From Tetramitus jugosus (Eukaryota; Protista; Heterolobosea): DNA of 64,000 nucleotides. The notes beneath the pieces are model-generated. The model was not told the DNA's origin. It saw nothing but the letters and a program-made list of their open reading frames with translations, and ran no database searches. This document shows, in pieces, positions 1 through 10,591 of this stretch. Made by a program: the position numbers and the translations under genes. Location: positions 248,001 through 312,000 of the forward strand of contig OW569386.1 of NCBI GenBank assembly GCA_937625935.1. The letters are read 5' to 3'. Position 1 is the first letter of the stretch. Every line of letters begins with the position of its first letter.

Positions 1-1330
1 TCTAATGTTCATGAAGCAAGTTGCAGGAACGAGGGATTCAAAACCTCCTTTTCCAGACAGCTTGAGATGGTGGGATGTATGTTGATCTGCAACGATGTAA
101 CTGATAGAGTAATGGCAATAGTACGCCGTGCCAGTGTTCAAGAGTATAAAGTGCTTCTCTCCCATGATAGAATGCAAGTGATCGAGGTTGCTAGTGGTGA
201 ACTTAGTGTGAAGTTGAAACCACTATGGCCCGCAAAAGGAAGCAATCGGAGGGCACCATTATGTGACAACCAATGAAGTTTTAAGAGAGATAGCGTACAG
301 GGGAAAGCTAATCCTTGGAGGCGATCACAACACCGTGACGAAAGTTGGAAAAACTTATCAAGAGTTGATACTCACTGTCAAGGCAATGCCACAGAATGTA
401 TGAGCAAGGATTTACACCCAAAGGGGTATATGCACATAATCCGATGTAATGGGCAATACGCCAGAGGCCGTGATGATCTCAAGGAAATGCTCTTCAGGGA
501 AAGAAAGGCCACAACCGAACAGTACCCAGAGTGGTGGTTACAGTCTGCCGCAATGGAGCACAAGAACCAATTAGAGTTTCTCAAGAACCCCTTTGTTATA
601 GATCGCAAGTTGGAATGGTTCCACGCACAGATCAGAAGCGGTACATTGCACACTAGAATCCTTTCGGGTGTTTTGAGGAGTTCCTTCTTCCTCGAGTTCT
701 CTGAGAGTATTGTTTTTCTTAAAATCCTTTTCCCACTCTTCTTTTCCGCTGATCTTATATTCACAAAAGCTCCCGATATTACCAGTATCATGCGGAGAAA
801 CCAATTTCCTTCGGAAACTAGAGAATTTCGGTAGTATACAAAGAGTCTCTTGCAAGAGATAGACTCGTCACTGCCCCTGAAAGGTACAATGTCTTGTCAT
901 TGAGAGTAATCTGTAAATGTCGTTTATACTCACTACTGGATGGATTTGTCGATTTTTTTTAATCGAGCCATGCTCCTAGTGTTACCACTGTCGGTAGATA
1001 GCCTTAATAAATTGCCCAATCGCCGATCAGAACCTTCTAGATTAAATAGACTTAGAAGAAAAATTGTTGTCGCTCTTGTGGATATTTTCAAGCTCTATCA
1101 ATCTTAAAACATGCAAGAATATCCTATTCAACAGGCTGGATGTATTAATAATGTTCCACTGGAAATACAGCATCTATCAGATCGATTTAGTGTGTCAAAA
1201 CAGATGAAGTGACTTTTATATATATAAGAGCGAGACCCTTGATCACTTATCGAATTTCTCGATTGAGTTCTTACAACTCCCGTGGATGGCAGATATTCTG
1301 GATATAATTGTTCAAATCATTCAATTTTGC
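1..1330 (+). mobile_element. Heavily decayed non-LTR (LINE-like) retrotransposon remnant with APE endonuclease and RT motif fragments; boundaries uncertain, continues off the left edge
   Basis: Fragments occur in the expected order across frameshifts and stops: frame +1 'DRMQVIEV..SVKL'; frame +2 'NHYGPQ' (218-235) and 'LILGGDHN' (308-331), resembling APE NvYaP and IlgGDFN; 'LHPKGY...ARGRD' and 'WWLQ'; RT-like 'IVVALVDIFKLYQS*' (~1063-1107, cf. lD.eKAfDs) and 'RDP*SLIEF' (1231-1257, cf. GdPLSP.LF). Confidence 0.45.
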
Positions 1331-1649
1331 GCCATAGTTGAGATAGAATAACTATGCCCAACTATTCTCGACAAAATCAACTCTATCTGACTCAACCTGA
1401 TATATATCTGTGTATTTGATGAAGGTGAATGCATCAACCAGCTGAGGTACATGCACCAGATGGACCTCAGCTGATTCGATCTGTCCATAGGCACCAGAGA
1501 TTGCGCTGCAGATCGAGACAGATGTTGTTTCAACAACTTGAAGAAGCAATACGCATGCGTTGTTCTTTTTTGAATTTCGCTGCTGCCTTGGTTGTATTCT
1601 TCTTTTTGTTGTAAATTGTGGCGTTAATCTAATTTTTTCTGTGCCTCGT

Positions 1650-2867
1650 TTACTTTGTCGTGTCAAATTGTACACAAACACCAAAATGATCACTGAGGTG
1701 AAGATATTCTTCCTTGGGTGGTTGAGGTTGGTTTCTTTGATTGGACTCGAGGAAAGAGTATCGTTGAGTTTGATTGCTTCTCGTTCGTGCATTCTTGTCT
1801 GGCCACACTGGATCCATTGCAAATATGGTCATGTCGCTCGGATTCAACACCTTTCCTCCAGTCCATCTGTACACTCTATCGAGTCTTCTCTTAAACGGTT
1901 CTTCGTTCTGATCCACCGGTTTGTTCATCATTTGCATGAGCGTGTTCAGTGTGTTATCCATTGTATAGCCAGGATCCTTCACGCCCTTCAATTCCACCCA
2001 CAAATCAGTGAATTGAGTCTTGTTGATGAGTTCACCTTCATCCTGGAGCAAAAAGTTAAAATCACCTAGCATGAGATACTCATCAAATGCGTTCATGTTG
2101 TCGTTGAGATACTGTCCAATTTCAATCAGTTCCTGTCGCCTTTGTTCTGAATTTTCCAGTGAGCTACCAGCTTTCAGGTGAAGACCACATAGACCTAGTC
2201 TCATGACCTTGTCATTGCCCAACGGAACTTCAATCTTGGCAAATAAACATGCCTTGTTCTTCAACAACGGTTTCCTCTCATCACTGTATCCGAACTTGTA
2301 CGTGTATTCAACAAGGGACTCCATGGGAAACTTTGATAGAATAAAGGTACCATATGGTACAAGGGATGAATAAGCAGAATTCAGAGTGTTGCCATCATCA
2401 TCCACACCGTCATCTTCAACCATGAAGCTGGAACGACAAACTTCACTCAAGTAATAAGTTTCCATGATGAACTCATTCATGATTAATCGACCCAAATAAG
2501 TTGGAGTGACCTCGTTCAACACCAAGATGTCAAAGTTCATCTGTTCAAACATTTCAAACTGTTTCTCATATCTCACATGATTGTGCAACAACTCTGGTGT
2601 GTAATTGTCAAACAAGATGTTGAACGTGGCAACACGCAACTTTCCATTGTTCACATCACTTACAATATTTTTTGTAAGTGGCTTTCGTTTTGACGGAGTG
2701 TCAACAACGTAAGTATATTTCTCTTGATCGAAACGGAACACTGGCAGTTTGATACATTGACCTGGTTTGGCCTTCAGCATGCTACTCCCAATTTTATTCA
2801 TCTTCTCTTGATGCTGGTTCTGATTTTTTTTTTTTGTTGGAGAAAGATCGTTGCAGATATTGTTCAT
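1650..2867 (-). CDS. Endonuclease/exonuclease/phosphatase (EEP) family protein, TDP2-like; alternative start 2801
   Basis: Motifs LRVATFNIL, DILVLNEV, GLHLKA, MLGDFN, RRLDRV and LSDHFGV. Confidence 0.85.
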   Translation of the reverse strand: MNNICNDLSPTKKKNQNQHQEKMNKIGSSMLKAKPGQCIKLPVFRFDQEKYTYVVDTPSKRKPLTKNIVSDVNNGKLRVATFNILFDNYTPELLHNHVRYEKQFEMFEQMNFDILVLNEVTPTYLGRLIMNEFIMETYYLSEVCRSSFMVEDDGVDDDGNTLNSAYSSLVPYGTFILSKFPMESLVEYTYKFGYSDERKPLLKNKACLFAKIEVPLGNDKVMRLGLCGLHLKAGSSLENSEQRRQELIEIGQYLNDNMNAFDEYLMLGDFNFLLQDEGELINKTQFTDLWVELKGVKDPGYTMDNTLNTLMQMMNKPVDQNEEPFKRRLDRVYRWTGGKVLNPSDMTIFAMDPVWPDKNARTRSNQTQRYSFLESNQRNQPQPPKEEYLHLSDHFGVCVQFDTTK

Positions 2868-3097
2868 CTGATGGCGAACTTCAATTCGGAGCCTTACTGT
2901 TTTGTCCTGGGCAGTACCTGATCAGACATTACCCTCTCCGCTGACAAGACACTCCACATAACTGAAGCAACTTTTTTGAAGGAATGTTTTGTTCGTTGAA
3001 GGTTCAACGGTGTGGATTCCTCCCAAAAGCAGAAAAACCAACTTCTCAACAAATAAGCCAAGAAAAAAACAAAACAAAACAAAGTAAGCAAGCAGAC

Positions 3098-4366
3098 ATG
3101 TCCTCTTTTCCATCTCTCCAGAATAATGACAATGCAGAGGACGACGAACTCCTTGTTGCATTCAGTCAAAAGATTTCTCTGACAACCAAGAAGGAAGCAT
3201 CAGAAGAAGAAACAGTTACCATTTCAACTAAGGCCAAGACAACGACAACCAAGAAGCCCACTACAGGTGGTTACAACAAGTTTAGAGGCAAGAATCCAAA
3301 CGTCAAGTGGAAGTCCTTTTCCGTTCAAGGTCTCAACAATCATCACCGTTTCTTGTCCATTGAGAAACAACAGGAAGAGCAAGCAGGGATGACGACATCT
3401 GGCGGTGAAGTGAAAGCGATTGCTGTTGAGCAGAGAAGTGAAGAGTGGTTCAAGCAAAGAATGGGAAGATTGACTGGTTCTCAGAGTGCAAAAGCTCTTG
3501 GTTTCTTTGCCACGAGAAACATTATTCGTCGATTGGGTCTCAAACCAGACACGTATCATCGTCAGGGTGAACTCTCGGATTTTTACTTTAATTTGAATAT
3601 TGAAGAAGAGAACGCAACCGAGTTGTACCGTGAGACAGTGTTTGGTCCCGTGCAACAAGTGTTTATGGATTGGGGCACTCATCATGAGTCCAATGCGATT
3701 TTGACCTTTTTGGATACGTTTTCAAAGTTCAAGGTACAGGAAACAGGGTTTTGGGCAATGGACCGTGATCAGTCATTGAACATGATTTCTGATTTGATTC
3801 AGAAACATCCAAATGTGTTGGACGATGCGTCCGAGTTGTGCTTGAGAGAACATTTGCCATTGATTGGAGCTTCACCTGATGGTATTATTCTGGATGAGAA
3901 CAATGTACCTGTAGCTGTGCTGGAGATCAAGTGTCCTACTCCGTTTGTTCCTGCTAGTACTCATGAGTCATCTGGAGAGTTCCAGTACATTAAGCGAAAG
4001 CCTCATGACAAGATTCCTGTTTATTATTTGCCCCAAATGATGCTCCAAATGTTTGTGACAAAGCTACAAACGTGTTTCTATTGCTCTTTCACAGTGACCG
4101 GAGGCTCAAACATTTTTGAATTGACTTTCGATTCTGCCTATTTCCTTGAGATGCTCTACTGGTTTGCTCGATTTAATGAAGAGTATAAGAACAACGAAGG
4201 CGGAATTAGGGACGAAGATGTATTTATGAAGACATTTGAAGCAGATGCCAGATACTTGGCATTTGTTGACAAAGGATTGGAGATTGTACAAAATTGTGCG
4301 ATCCATCAGGTGGTCCAACAATCACAGCTATCCAATGAAGAACCAATTATGTTCTTTGAAGAGTAA
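3098..4366 (+). CDS. YqaJ / lambda-exonuclease-like PD-(D/E)xK nuclease
   Basis: EQRSEEWFKQRMGRLTGS, MDWGTHHE, IGASPDG, LEIKCP and YYLPQMMLQM; ATG at 3098 follows an A/C-rich leader. Confidence 0.88.
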   Translation: MSSFPSLQNNDNAEDDELLVAFSQKISLTTKKEASEEETVTISTKAKTTTTKKPTTGGYNKFRGKNPNVKWKSFSVQGLNNHHRFLSIEKQQEEQAGMTTSGGEVKAIAVEQRSEEWFKQRMGRLTGSQSAKALGFFATRNIIRRLGLKPDTYHRQGELSDFYFNLNIEEENATELYRETVFGPVQQVFMDWGTHHESNAILTFLDTFSKFKVQETGFWAMDRDQSLNMISDLIQKHPNVLDDASELCLREHLPLIGASPDGIILDENNVPVAVLEIKCPTPFVPASTHESSGEFQYIKRKPHDKIPVYYLPQMMLQMFVTKLQTCFYCSFTVTGGSNIFELTFDSAYFLEMLYWFARFNEEYKNNEGGIRDEDVFMKTFEADARYLAFVDKGLEIVQNCAIHQVVQQSQLSNEEPIMFFEE

Positions 4367-4391
4367 ATTATGATGACGATCAATTTTGAGT

Positions 4392-7300
4392 TTATTCTTC
4401 CAGGGACTTGATGTACTGCATTAATGCTTCGTAACAATGTACAGTACTGGCTGACTTTTGAAATGCCCTTGTTTGTGACAATGTTGTGCCTTGGACAAAG
4501 GACGCGTCACTCGATGTTAGATTAAGTCGCCTAGACTTAACCTGTTCGATAGCGAGCAATTTCTTGTCAATCTGGTACTTCTTATCCATGATTTGTGCAA
4601 TGGTTTGAACTTGTTTGAGAAGACGTCGAGTAGCAACACTCATTTGCTTTTGCCGCTTGATTCTGACACTGTGCAAATTGAGAATGCTCAACACACTCAT
4701 AAATATATCTTCCTTATCTCGATACATTTGCAATTGTTCTACCAAAACTGGGATTGCTTCTCGACACTCGAAGACAGTGTGAGCGGTGTATCCATTACTA
4801 GATAAATGCAAGATGATATTGAGAAGATGCTGCAGCAGTATCATGTGCGGTTTGGACCGATTGCAAGTCTTGATCAATGAAAACAAGATCGGAACAGCAC
4901 CCTCACTCGCAGCACTTTCACAACATTTTGTGGATAATCGAGTAGTGACGTCCAGATTCGCACAGGCTTGCATTATTAGAGTCATCTGCTTAGAGTTGAG
5001 CAGAATGTTAAGGGCACTTCGAGTTCGATTCTTTAACAATTGTCTCTCTTCGACAGTTTCGGCTAGATGCAAAATGCGCTTTCTAATTTCATTGATATTA
5101 GCAGCGTTGAGTTGTCGAACTCGATGTCCACGCCAAATCTTTTGAATAGCAAGGGCACTCTTCTCTTGCACATATTGGTCTGACACCTTCTGAGAAGAAA
5201 CTTGCTGGATTTGTTGTCGCGACAACAATTGCCTGAATGATGATTGCAATAGTGTAACTTGTTCTTTGGGAGATGAGTTTTGAATTGATTTCATGCGTAC
5301 AACTCGTTGAAGAACTTTGGTGTATCCATATCGTTTGGTGATATTGGATTGATCAGAGGTTCCTCTCATAGAACATTGCCAAATGGCAACAGCTTTTCTA
5401 AACACTTCGGCACGATATTGAACCAAATTGTTTCTTGCAATTTGCGTTCGAATGACACTCTGACAAGATATCATTTTCCTTAGTTGCTCAATGTACTGTA
5501 ATTGAGCCAGATGTGACTGACACTGAGTACGCCGTATTGCTGATTGCACCATGGTCATACATGTTAAAAAGAGAAGTCGTTTTCTTGCAACAAACGACTC
5601 GACAGCAATCTGTTTTCGGACCAATGATTGACATGCCACAGTCAACTTCAAGAAATTCCATACTCTTCTCCTTGATAGATCATGAATAGCAGGGGCTCTT
5701 CTGATACAGTTTTGGATTACATTAATAGGATCGATGGTTCTGTTAATAGAGGTGGTCCGTAAGACTGGCGATTGGAAACCTGAAAAGAGATAAGCGTAGC
5801 TATCCATGGCTGGTAACTTCTCTGTGCACGTCATTGTATATCGAATAGAATGGCTCTGTGTTTGTTCTCGGACAAATCTTGTTCTCGCCACACTTTGTAT
5901 CGATAAGAGTCTCGAAAGAAGATAGTTTTGCTTGCGTTCGTCCAACAATACTTGTTGGATTTTAGTTCGCACAACAGATTGGCATCTTTTCGTTCGATCA
6001 TAGAGGAAAGAGGAGTTGTACACTGATATCTGTCGAGCAATCATCCCTTGGATAACAGGTAGTTCCTTTGATTGCACATTCTTCTTTCTGTAGGCAGATA
6101 ATCGTTGAAACAGGTATGCCACTTTTAGAATCATTTCTTTCTCATCATATGGAGGCTGTTCGAGTTCTGGCTCTGCCTTTGTGGGTGACAAGGTGACATT
6201 CCATGCACTGCTCGAACTATTTTGTTGAATCAATTTCACAACATCAAACTCGTTCCCTATTTGTACATGTCTGGGTTGCTTAGATGGAAAGAGTTGTTCA
6301 AAAGCTAGTGGAGCTGGAACTCGGTATTGATTGGTAAGTAGCTTCAATATCATCTCAGGGTTGCTTCGAAACGAGGGAGAGCTAAAACTATCGACATTAA
6401 TAGTAGATTGTACAATAGGGTGATTGTATGCACGGATACAAATCTGCACCCACTGAAGGAGATATGATACACGAACATCGTTGTATCCTTGAATACAAAT
6501 ATCGTTCGGTGTGATGCGGGATTGGAATTTTCGAATACAGTACGTTAATTCATCAACCAAATCACTCACATTGCTTGGCAATGCCTTTCTAAAGTCTTCC
6601 ATTTGTGTCTTCATCTTTTGAAGAGCTTGTTGTTGCTCCTCCCTTCTCTTTTGTCTTTGTGCTTCAATATCACCTGTATTGGTGTTCATGAAAGCCAACG
6701 GCGCACGCTTGATTTGTGCTGCGTTCAGTGTAGGTCTGACAAATGTGTCATTCATCTTTGTAGTTTTTGCAATCTTTGTGGATGAAGAGAGCATGGAAGT
6801 ATGGGATGTCGTAGCTGTGCTTGTTCGGCGAACAACAGTTCGGTTCTCCTTCTCAAAATCTTGCTTGCTATCAGCTTTGAAAGCCACATTCCCTCGATGC
6901 GACCTCAGCAAAGTTGATTTCATGCCCAGGGCACTAGCGTTCAGTGATTCGTTGTGTTGCTGTCTCTTGCTCTTTGGAGATGAATACAGAGAGCAGTCCA
7001 TCACAGTAACATTGGCTGATATCTTCTTTTGTGGTTGTAAAACAGAGCTGTTCGTGTCTGTTCTCGATACATGAGTTAAGAACGAGGCATTGAGATTAAT
7101 CAATGAGCTATTCATCATTGAAAAATCATTTGAATTGACAGCATTCCCACATAAAGCGACTTGGATCCTAATCTTATTCTTCCACAGAAAGATTAAGCTT
7201 GTTCGAATAGGACCAGACTGCAGAGGAGCCCAACTCACCGGTATCATGAACTGTGTTGAAGAGGACGGTACAGCAAACATGACATCTCGCACAGAGAATC

Positions 7301-7742
7301 CATGATTACTAGGCAACTTGTCCAACATTAGCTCTTGTGAAAAATCAGTCATGTTTCGCACAATCACATTCAATGTACGTTGTTGTCCAATTACCACTGT
7401 TCCATAGTTTAGTCCAAGCTTTTTCTGAGTTCCAAACGAACCTACGAATCCAGTGGTGTTCAGAAACAAGGTTGTAGACTCATTTTCTTCAAATGTTTGA
7501 ACAGAAGACGCATTCATCATGGTCGTGTTGTTCATTGTCGAGATTTCAAACGGTTGAACAAATGTACTTTCTTCAGCAGCTCTACACACACTTTGTTGAG
7601 ATGGAAGATTGTTTGTCGTCATGTTCATGAGGCTCGAATCTTCTTGTAATCTTGCTCTCTTGGTAGGAGGTCGTTTGCTCATGGGAGAGTCAATGGTTGT
7701 CAAGTTCATCGAAGCCAATTCGATGAAATAGCTGGAATTCAT
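4392..7742 (-). CDS. ASPM: Abnormal spindle / ASPM-like protein (ASH domain, degenerate CH domain, IQ repeats, C-terminal Armadillo-like region)
   Basis: N-terminal ASH-like 'LNYGTVVIGQQRTLNVIVRN...VSWAP'; CH-like 'LLQWVQ...VDSFSSPSF'; many IQ-like repeats (IQKIWRGHRVR); C-terminal 'LDVTTRLSTKCC...LIKTCNRSKPH'. Confidence 0.8.
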   Translation of the reverse strand: MNSSYFIELASMNLTTIDSPMSKRPPTKRARLQEDSSLMNMTTNNLPSQQSVCRAAEESTFVQPFEISTMNNTTMMNASSVQTFEENESTTLFLNTTGFVGSFGTQKKLGLNYGTVVIGQQRTLNVIVRNMTDFSQELMLDKLPSNHGFSVRDVMFAVPSSSTQFMIPVSWAPLQSGPIRTSLIFLWKNKIRIQVALCGNAVNSNDFSMMNSSLINLNASFLTHVSRTDTNSSVLQPQKKISANVTVMDCSLYSSPKSKRQQHNESLNASALGMKSTLLRSHRGNVAFKADSKQDFEKENRTVVRRTSTATTSHTSMLSSSTKIAKTTKMNDTFVRPTLNAAQIKRAPLAFMNTNTGDIEAQRQKRREEQQQALQKMKTQMEDFRKALPSNVSDLVDELTYCIRKFQSRITPNDICIQGYNDVRVSYLLQWVQICIRAYNHPIVQSTINVDSFSSPSFRSNPEMILKLLTNQYRVPAPLAFEQLFPSKQPRHVQIGNEFDVVKLIQQNSSSSAWNVTLSPTKAEPELEQPPYDEKEMILKVAYLFQRLSAYRKKNVQSKELPVIQGMIARQISVYNSSFLYDRTKRCQSVVRTKIQQVLLDERKQNYLLSRLLSIQSVARTRFVREQTQSHSIRYTMTCTEKLPAMDSYAYLFSGFQSPVLRTTSINRTIDPINVIQNCIRRAPAIHDLSRRRVWNFLKLTVACQSLVRKQIAVESFVARKRLLFLTCMTMVQSAIRRTQCQSHLAQLQYIEQLRKMISCQSVIRTQIARNNLVQYRAEVFRKAVAIWQCSMRGTSDQSNITKRYGYTKVLQRVVRMKSIQNSSPKEQVTLLQSSFRQLLSRQQIQQVSSQKVSDQYVQEKSALAIQKIWRGHRVRQLNAANINEIRKRILHLAETVEERQLLKNRTRSALNILLNSKQMTLIMQACANLDVTTRLSTKCCESAASEGAVPILFSLIKTCNRSKPHMILLQHLLNIILHLSSNGYTAHTVFECREAIPVLVEQLQMYRDKEDIFMSVLSILNLHSVRIKRQKQMSVATRRLLKQVQTIAQIMDKKYQIDKKLLAIEQVKSRRLNLTSSDASFVQGTTLSQTRAFQKSASTVHCYEALMQYIKSLEE

Positions 7743-7836
7743 GTTCGGTTGAGGTACGCCTGCTGGTTTCGTTGTTTCTTTGTTTTTTGGTTCGTTGAAT
7801 TTTGCGAAATGAATTAACGTTCACTTGTTTGGAGCA

Positions 7837-7844
7837 TTTGGCGC
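7837..7844 (+). promoter_or_regulatory. Possible E2F-type site (TTTGGCGC) upstream of the ASPM-like gene
   Basis: Exact match to TTTSSCGC about 95 nt upstream of the first ATG of a mitotic gene; an 8-mer, so chance is possible. Confidence 0.25.
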
Positions 7845-8233
7845 CACTTTCTTTTATTCCGATTCGCCGACTTGTTGTCCAACGCTGCTCCAACTGAGGT
7901 TTAACGAAGTCGAAAGGTTGGGGCCATGACCGTGTTGAAATATGGTCATCTAGCGATTGGTTGCCACGAGCAAGGGATTGTAGTGAAAGTGAGTCATTGA
8001 ATTGAGTTTGATATACTATGGAGAAGCTTCTCTTCGTTTCTGACCAGAACCTGCTTCGTTCGCTTATCAGGCCCAGCTAGACGGAGATCTTTTACTTTGG
8101 GAAATGCGTCCCAAGTACAACATAACTAAATCAAGTTCTGAAAGGCCAAACTCGTTCTGGTCCGAGTTGTAGAAATCTTGACGCGAAGTCCATGTCCGGC
8201 AACTGAAACGGTTCATCCTTACAAATGGCTTTT

Positions 8234-9013
8234 TTATTTTGTGCTTCGCTTCTTCTTCACCTCCTCCGTTTCTTCAGCATGAGTCTTACGATACACCCAG
8301 TTTAGAACCAGACCAATGATGATTCCTCCTCCAATCATTGACCAACCAACTGACGAAGCCCGAGCAAAGTTCTCCTGAATTCCCTTGTACTTTTTCGGAT
8401 TGAACCTCAAGTCAGAAGCAACTTCTTTCAATTGACTGAACGGGTCTTTCATTTCAGACGCATCAAAGTCCTCTCGTGCATACACCATTCGCGCCAAAAC
8501 ATCTCCAGGCTTTACGCGATCTCCTTCCTTTACCACAATGGATTGAATGAAAGCTCCGCTCTCGGGTCGAATCTCCAATGGAATATCGCTCAATGAGTGA
8601 TAAATCAACTCGACGACCACATCATCCTCACTTACAAAATCCCCCTTCTTGTTGAACACAATCTTATTGACACTCAACTTGGCATCCGATGCTATTCTTC
8701 CATTAAAATCAGGAACGACCAAATCAAATCCTTTACCAGTCGAATCACCTGTTCGCTGAGAACCTTCTTGTGAGCTCGCTTGAAGGTTCGCTGCTGCTGC
8801 CGATGTACCAGGTTTTTTCAACTCTTCAGGATACATACCAGATAGTGAAGCATAACGACGAACAAGAGGCATCCCAACAACAGCGCCAGAAGTGGAACTT
8901 TGGTCAATAGATTGCGATGCAACATATGACGGTTGTTTGCTTAATAATGACGAAGTGAACCGAACATTTTTGCAGACTGAGCGTAGCAGAGTACGGCTAT
9001 TGTTGATTAACAT
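8234..9013 (-). CDS. Mitochondrial lipoyl/biotinyl-like domain protein with C-terminal membrane anchor
   Basis: Arg/Ser-rich presequence-like N-terminus; 'KKGDFVSEDDVVVEL...IQSIVVKEGDRVKPGDVL' matches the lipoyl-domain pattern; hydrophobic 'WSMIGGGIIIGLVLNWVY' followed by a basic tail. Confidence 0.7.
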   Translation of the reverse strand: MLINNSRTLLRSVCKNVRFTSSLLSKQPSYVASQSIDQSSTSGAVVGMPLVRRYASLSGMYPEELKKPGTSAAAANLQASSQEGSQRTGDSTGKGFDLVVPDFNGRIASDAKLSVNKIVFNKKGDFVSEDDVVVELIYHSLSDIPLEIRPESGAFIQSIVVKEGDRVKPGDVLARMVYAREDFDASEMKDPFSQLKEVASDLRFNPKKYKGIQENFARASSVGWSMIGGGIIIGLVLNWVYRKTHAEETEEVKKKRSTK

Positions 9014-9191
9014 GTTGGTCTGTCTTTGTTATTGTTGTTGTTTGAAGAAAAACTATTCAATCTTCGAAACCAGATCAAAACATGAATTTGCTCCATTTAT
9101 TTTTATCTCGCTTTTTTGTTTCCAAGCGGGTGGGGCATTTACAGAAAAGTTCGAAGCTCCAAGTAATTGAAAGAGAACGTTTTTGGTCGCC

Positions 9192-10457
9192 ATGAGAGAC
9201 ATCAAGCGAGTTCTAGATGTCGTTTGTGGTGTAAGCGAATCAGAAAACAACATTGTGACTCCTGATGATGTTGTAATACCTAAAGCTTTTGCATCGATAT
9301 GCTTCAACGTGTTCAAAGTTTCCAATCTTGGCGTTTCTACAGCTTGGTCATCACCGATGTCTAAGAATTTTGTTGAATTAATGAATTCTCATAGCGAAAA
9401 TATTGCCCAATTGTCCTCTGCTGTTCTACGTTGTCATTCTACGAAAACTGTTGCAAGTGGTACAAGCTTTGCAATTGCTCCTGGCACCATTGTCAGTAGT
9501 TCATGTACTGGTCAGAGCTTGCCTCCACCAATCATTGCCACACATAAACAAGAAACTAGAGAAGTAGTCATCAACGCACTCCATACTCCCTGTGCATCAA
9601 AACTTGGATATGCTATTGAAAAGACACTTGACTTTAGTGGATCAGTGATGAAAGATCGAGATACTAGTGTTGTCATTACAGATACACAGAGAATAGATCC
9701 TATTCTTGGACTAACAGGAAATTTTAACATTTTCGATGTTGCATTGTTTTCCGTAGAATATGCTGATCAGCCAAAGGTTTTATTCATCCCTTCTGCTTCA
9801 TGTGTCCAGCCTGGTTCTGCAATCGCTGCTATTGGGTTTCCTGGCTCAGAACTCATGGATAACAATGATTATACGAATTCTCTAATCCCATTCTCTTACA
9901 GAAATTCTATCCCTAACTTCCATTACTTGAAACAGATATTCTATCAGTTTGGTGGTCTCTGTGCAAGTGTTGGGACCATTCTCAGGCCATATGGGGAAAA
10001 CAATAAGCAGTGGATTGAAATAGATTCCACTGAATACACTCCACATAACCACTATACACTTGTCTCAGATGAAACAGTGTTCGATGGAAGCTCTGGTGGA
10101 CCATTAGTATGTTTGGACAACTTGAAAATCTATAAAATCAAAGATAAGACCGGTATTGAATGGACTCTAGTTGAATTCGTTGGAATTCATACAGGTGGAG
10201 AGTTTGTGAGCTGCATTGACTGTCTTCGCCAACTTCCCAAGACCAGAGCCATCCAGAATCCCTCTACACTGAAAGTATGTGAGGTATGCACATCAGATGA
10301 GTCTCCCAAAATGAAAAGGTCCAAGGCCTTTAACCATAGCATTAGTGTTCACCATGAAATGTTTGCCGAAATGTACAAGACTCGAGTTATCCCGAAAATT
10401 CGAGAGTTGTTTGGTACTTTGCCGGAAGGAATCCTCGCATACATCAATGTGCATTAA
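9192..10457 (+). CDS. Divergent trypsin-like (PA clan) peptidase-fold protein
   Basis: SGTSFAI, FDVALF, IAAIGFPG, DGSSGGPLV and FVGIHTGG appear in canonical order. Confidence 0.7.
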   Translation: MRDIKRVLDVVCGVSESENNIVTPDDVVIPKAFASICFNVFKVSNLGVSTAWSSPMSKNFVELMNSHSENIAQLSSAVLRCHSTKTVASGTSFAIAPGTIVSSSCTGQSLPPPIIATHKQETREVVINALHTPCASKLGYAIEKTLDFSGSVMKDRDTSVVITDTQRIDPILGLTGNFNIFDVALFSVEYADQPKVLFIPSASCVQPGSAIAAIGFPGSELMDNNDYTNSLIPFSYRNSIPNFHYLKQIFYQFGGLCASVGTILRPYGENNKQWIEIDSTEYTPHNHYTLVSDETVFDGSSGGPLVCLDNLKIYKIKDKTGIEWTLVEFVGIHTGGEFVSCIDCLRQLPKTRAIQNPSTLKVCEVCTSDESPKMKRSKAFNHSISVHHEMFAEMYKTRVIPKIRELFGTLPEGILAYINVH

Positions 10458-10591
10458 GCTGTATCCATCTTGCCTTGCCAGCTGCGATTCGTTTTCCTAA
10501 ACAACAGTTGTTTAACAATAATTTGAAATATACAGATCGTTTGATTCCTAGTTAGCGTTTATTACATATTTACAAGTGAAAGGTTCTCAAC

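Noticed and set aside
1-834. Frame +1 open except for one TGA at 274-276 (possible selenocysteine or readthrough)
   Set aside because: The recognisable motifs in this stretch are in frame +2, so frameshifted decay explains it better.
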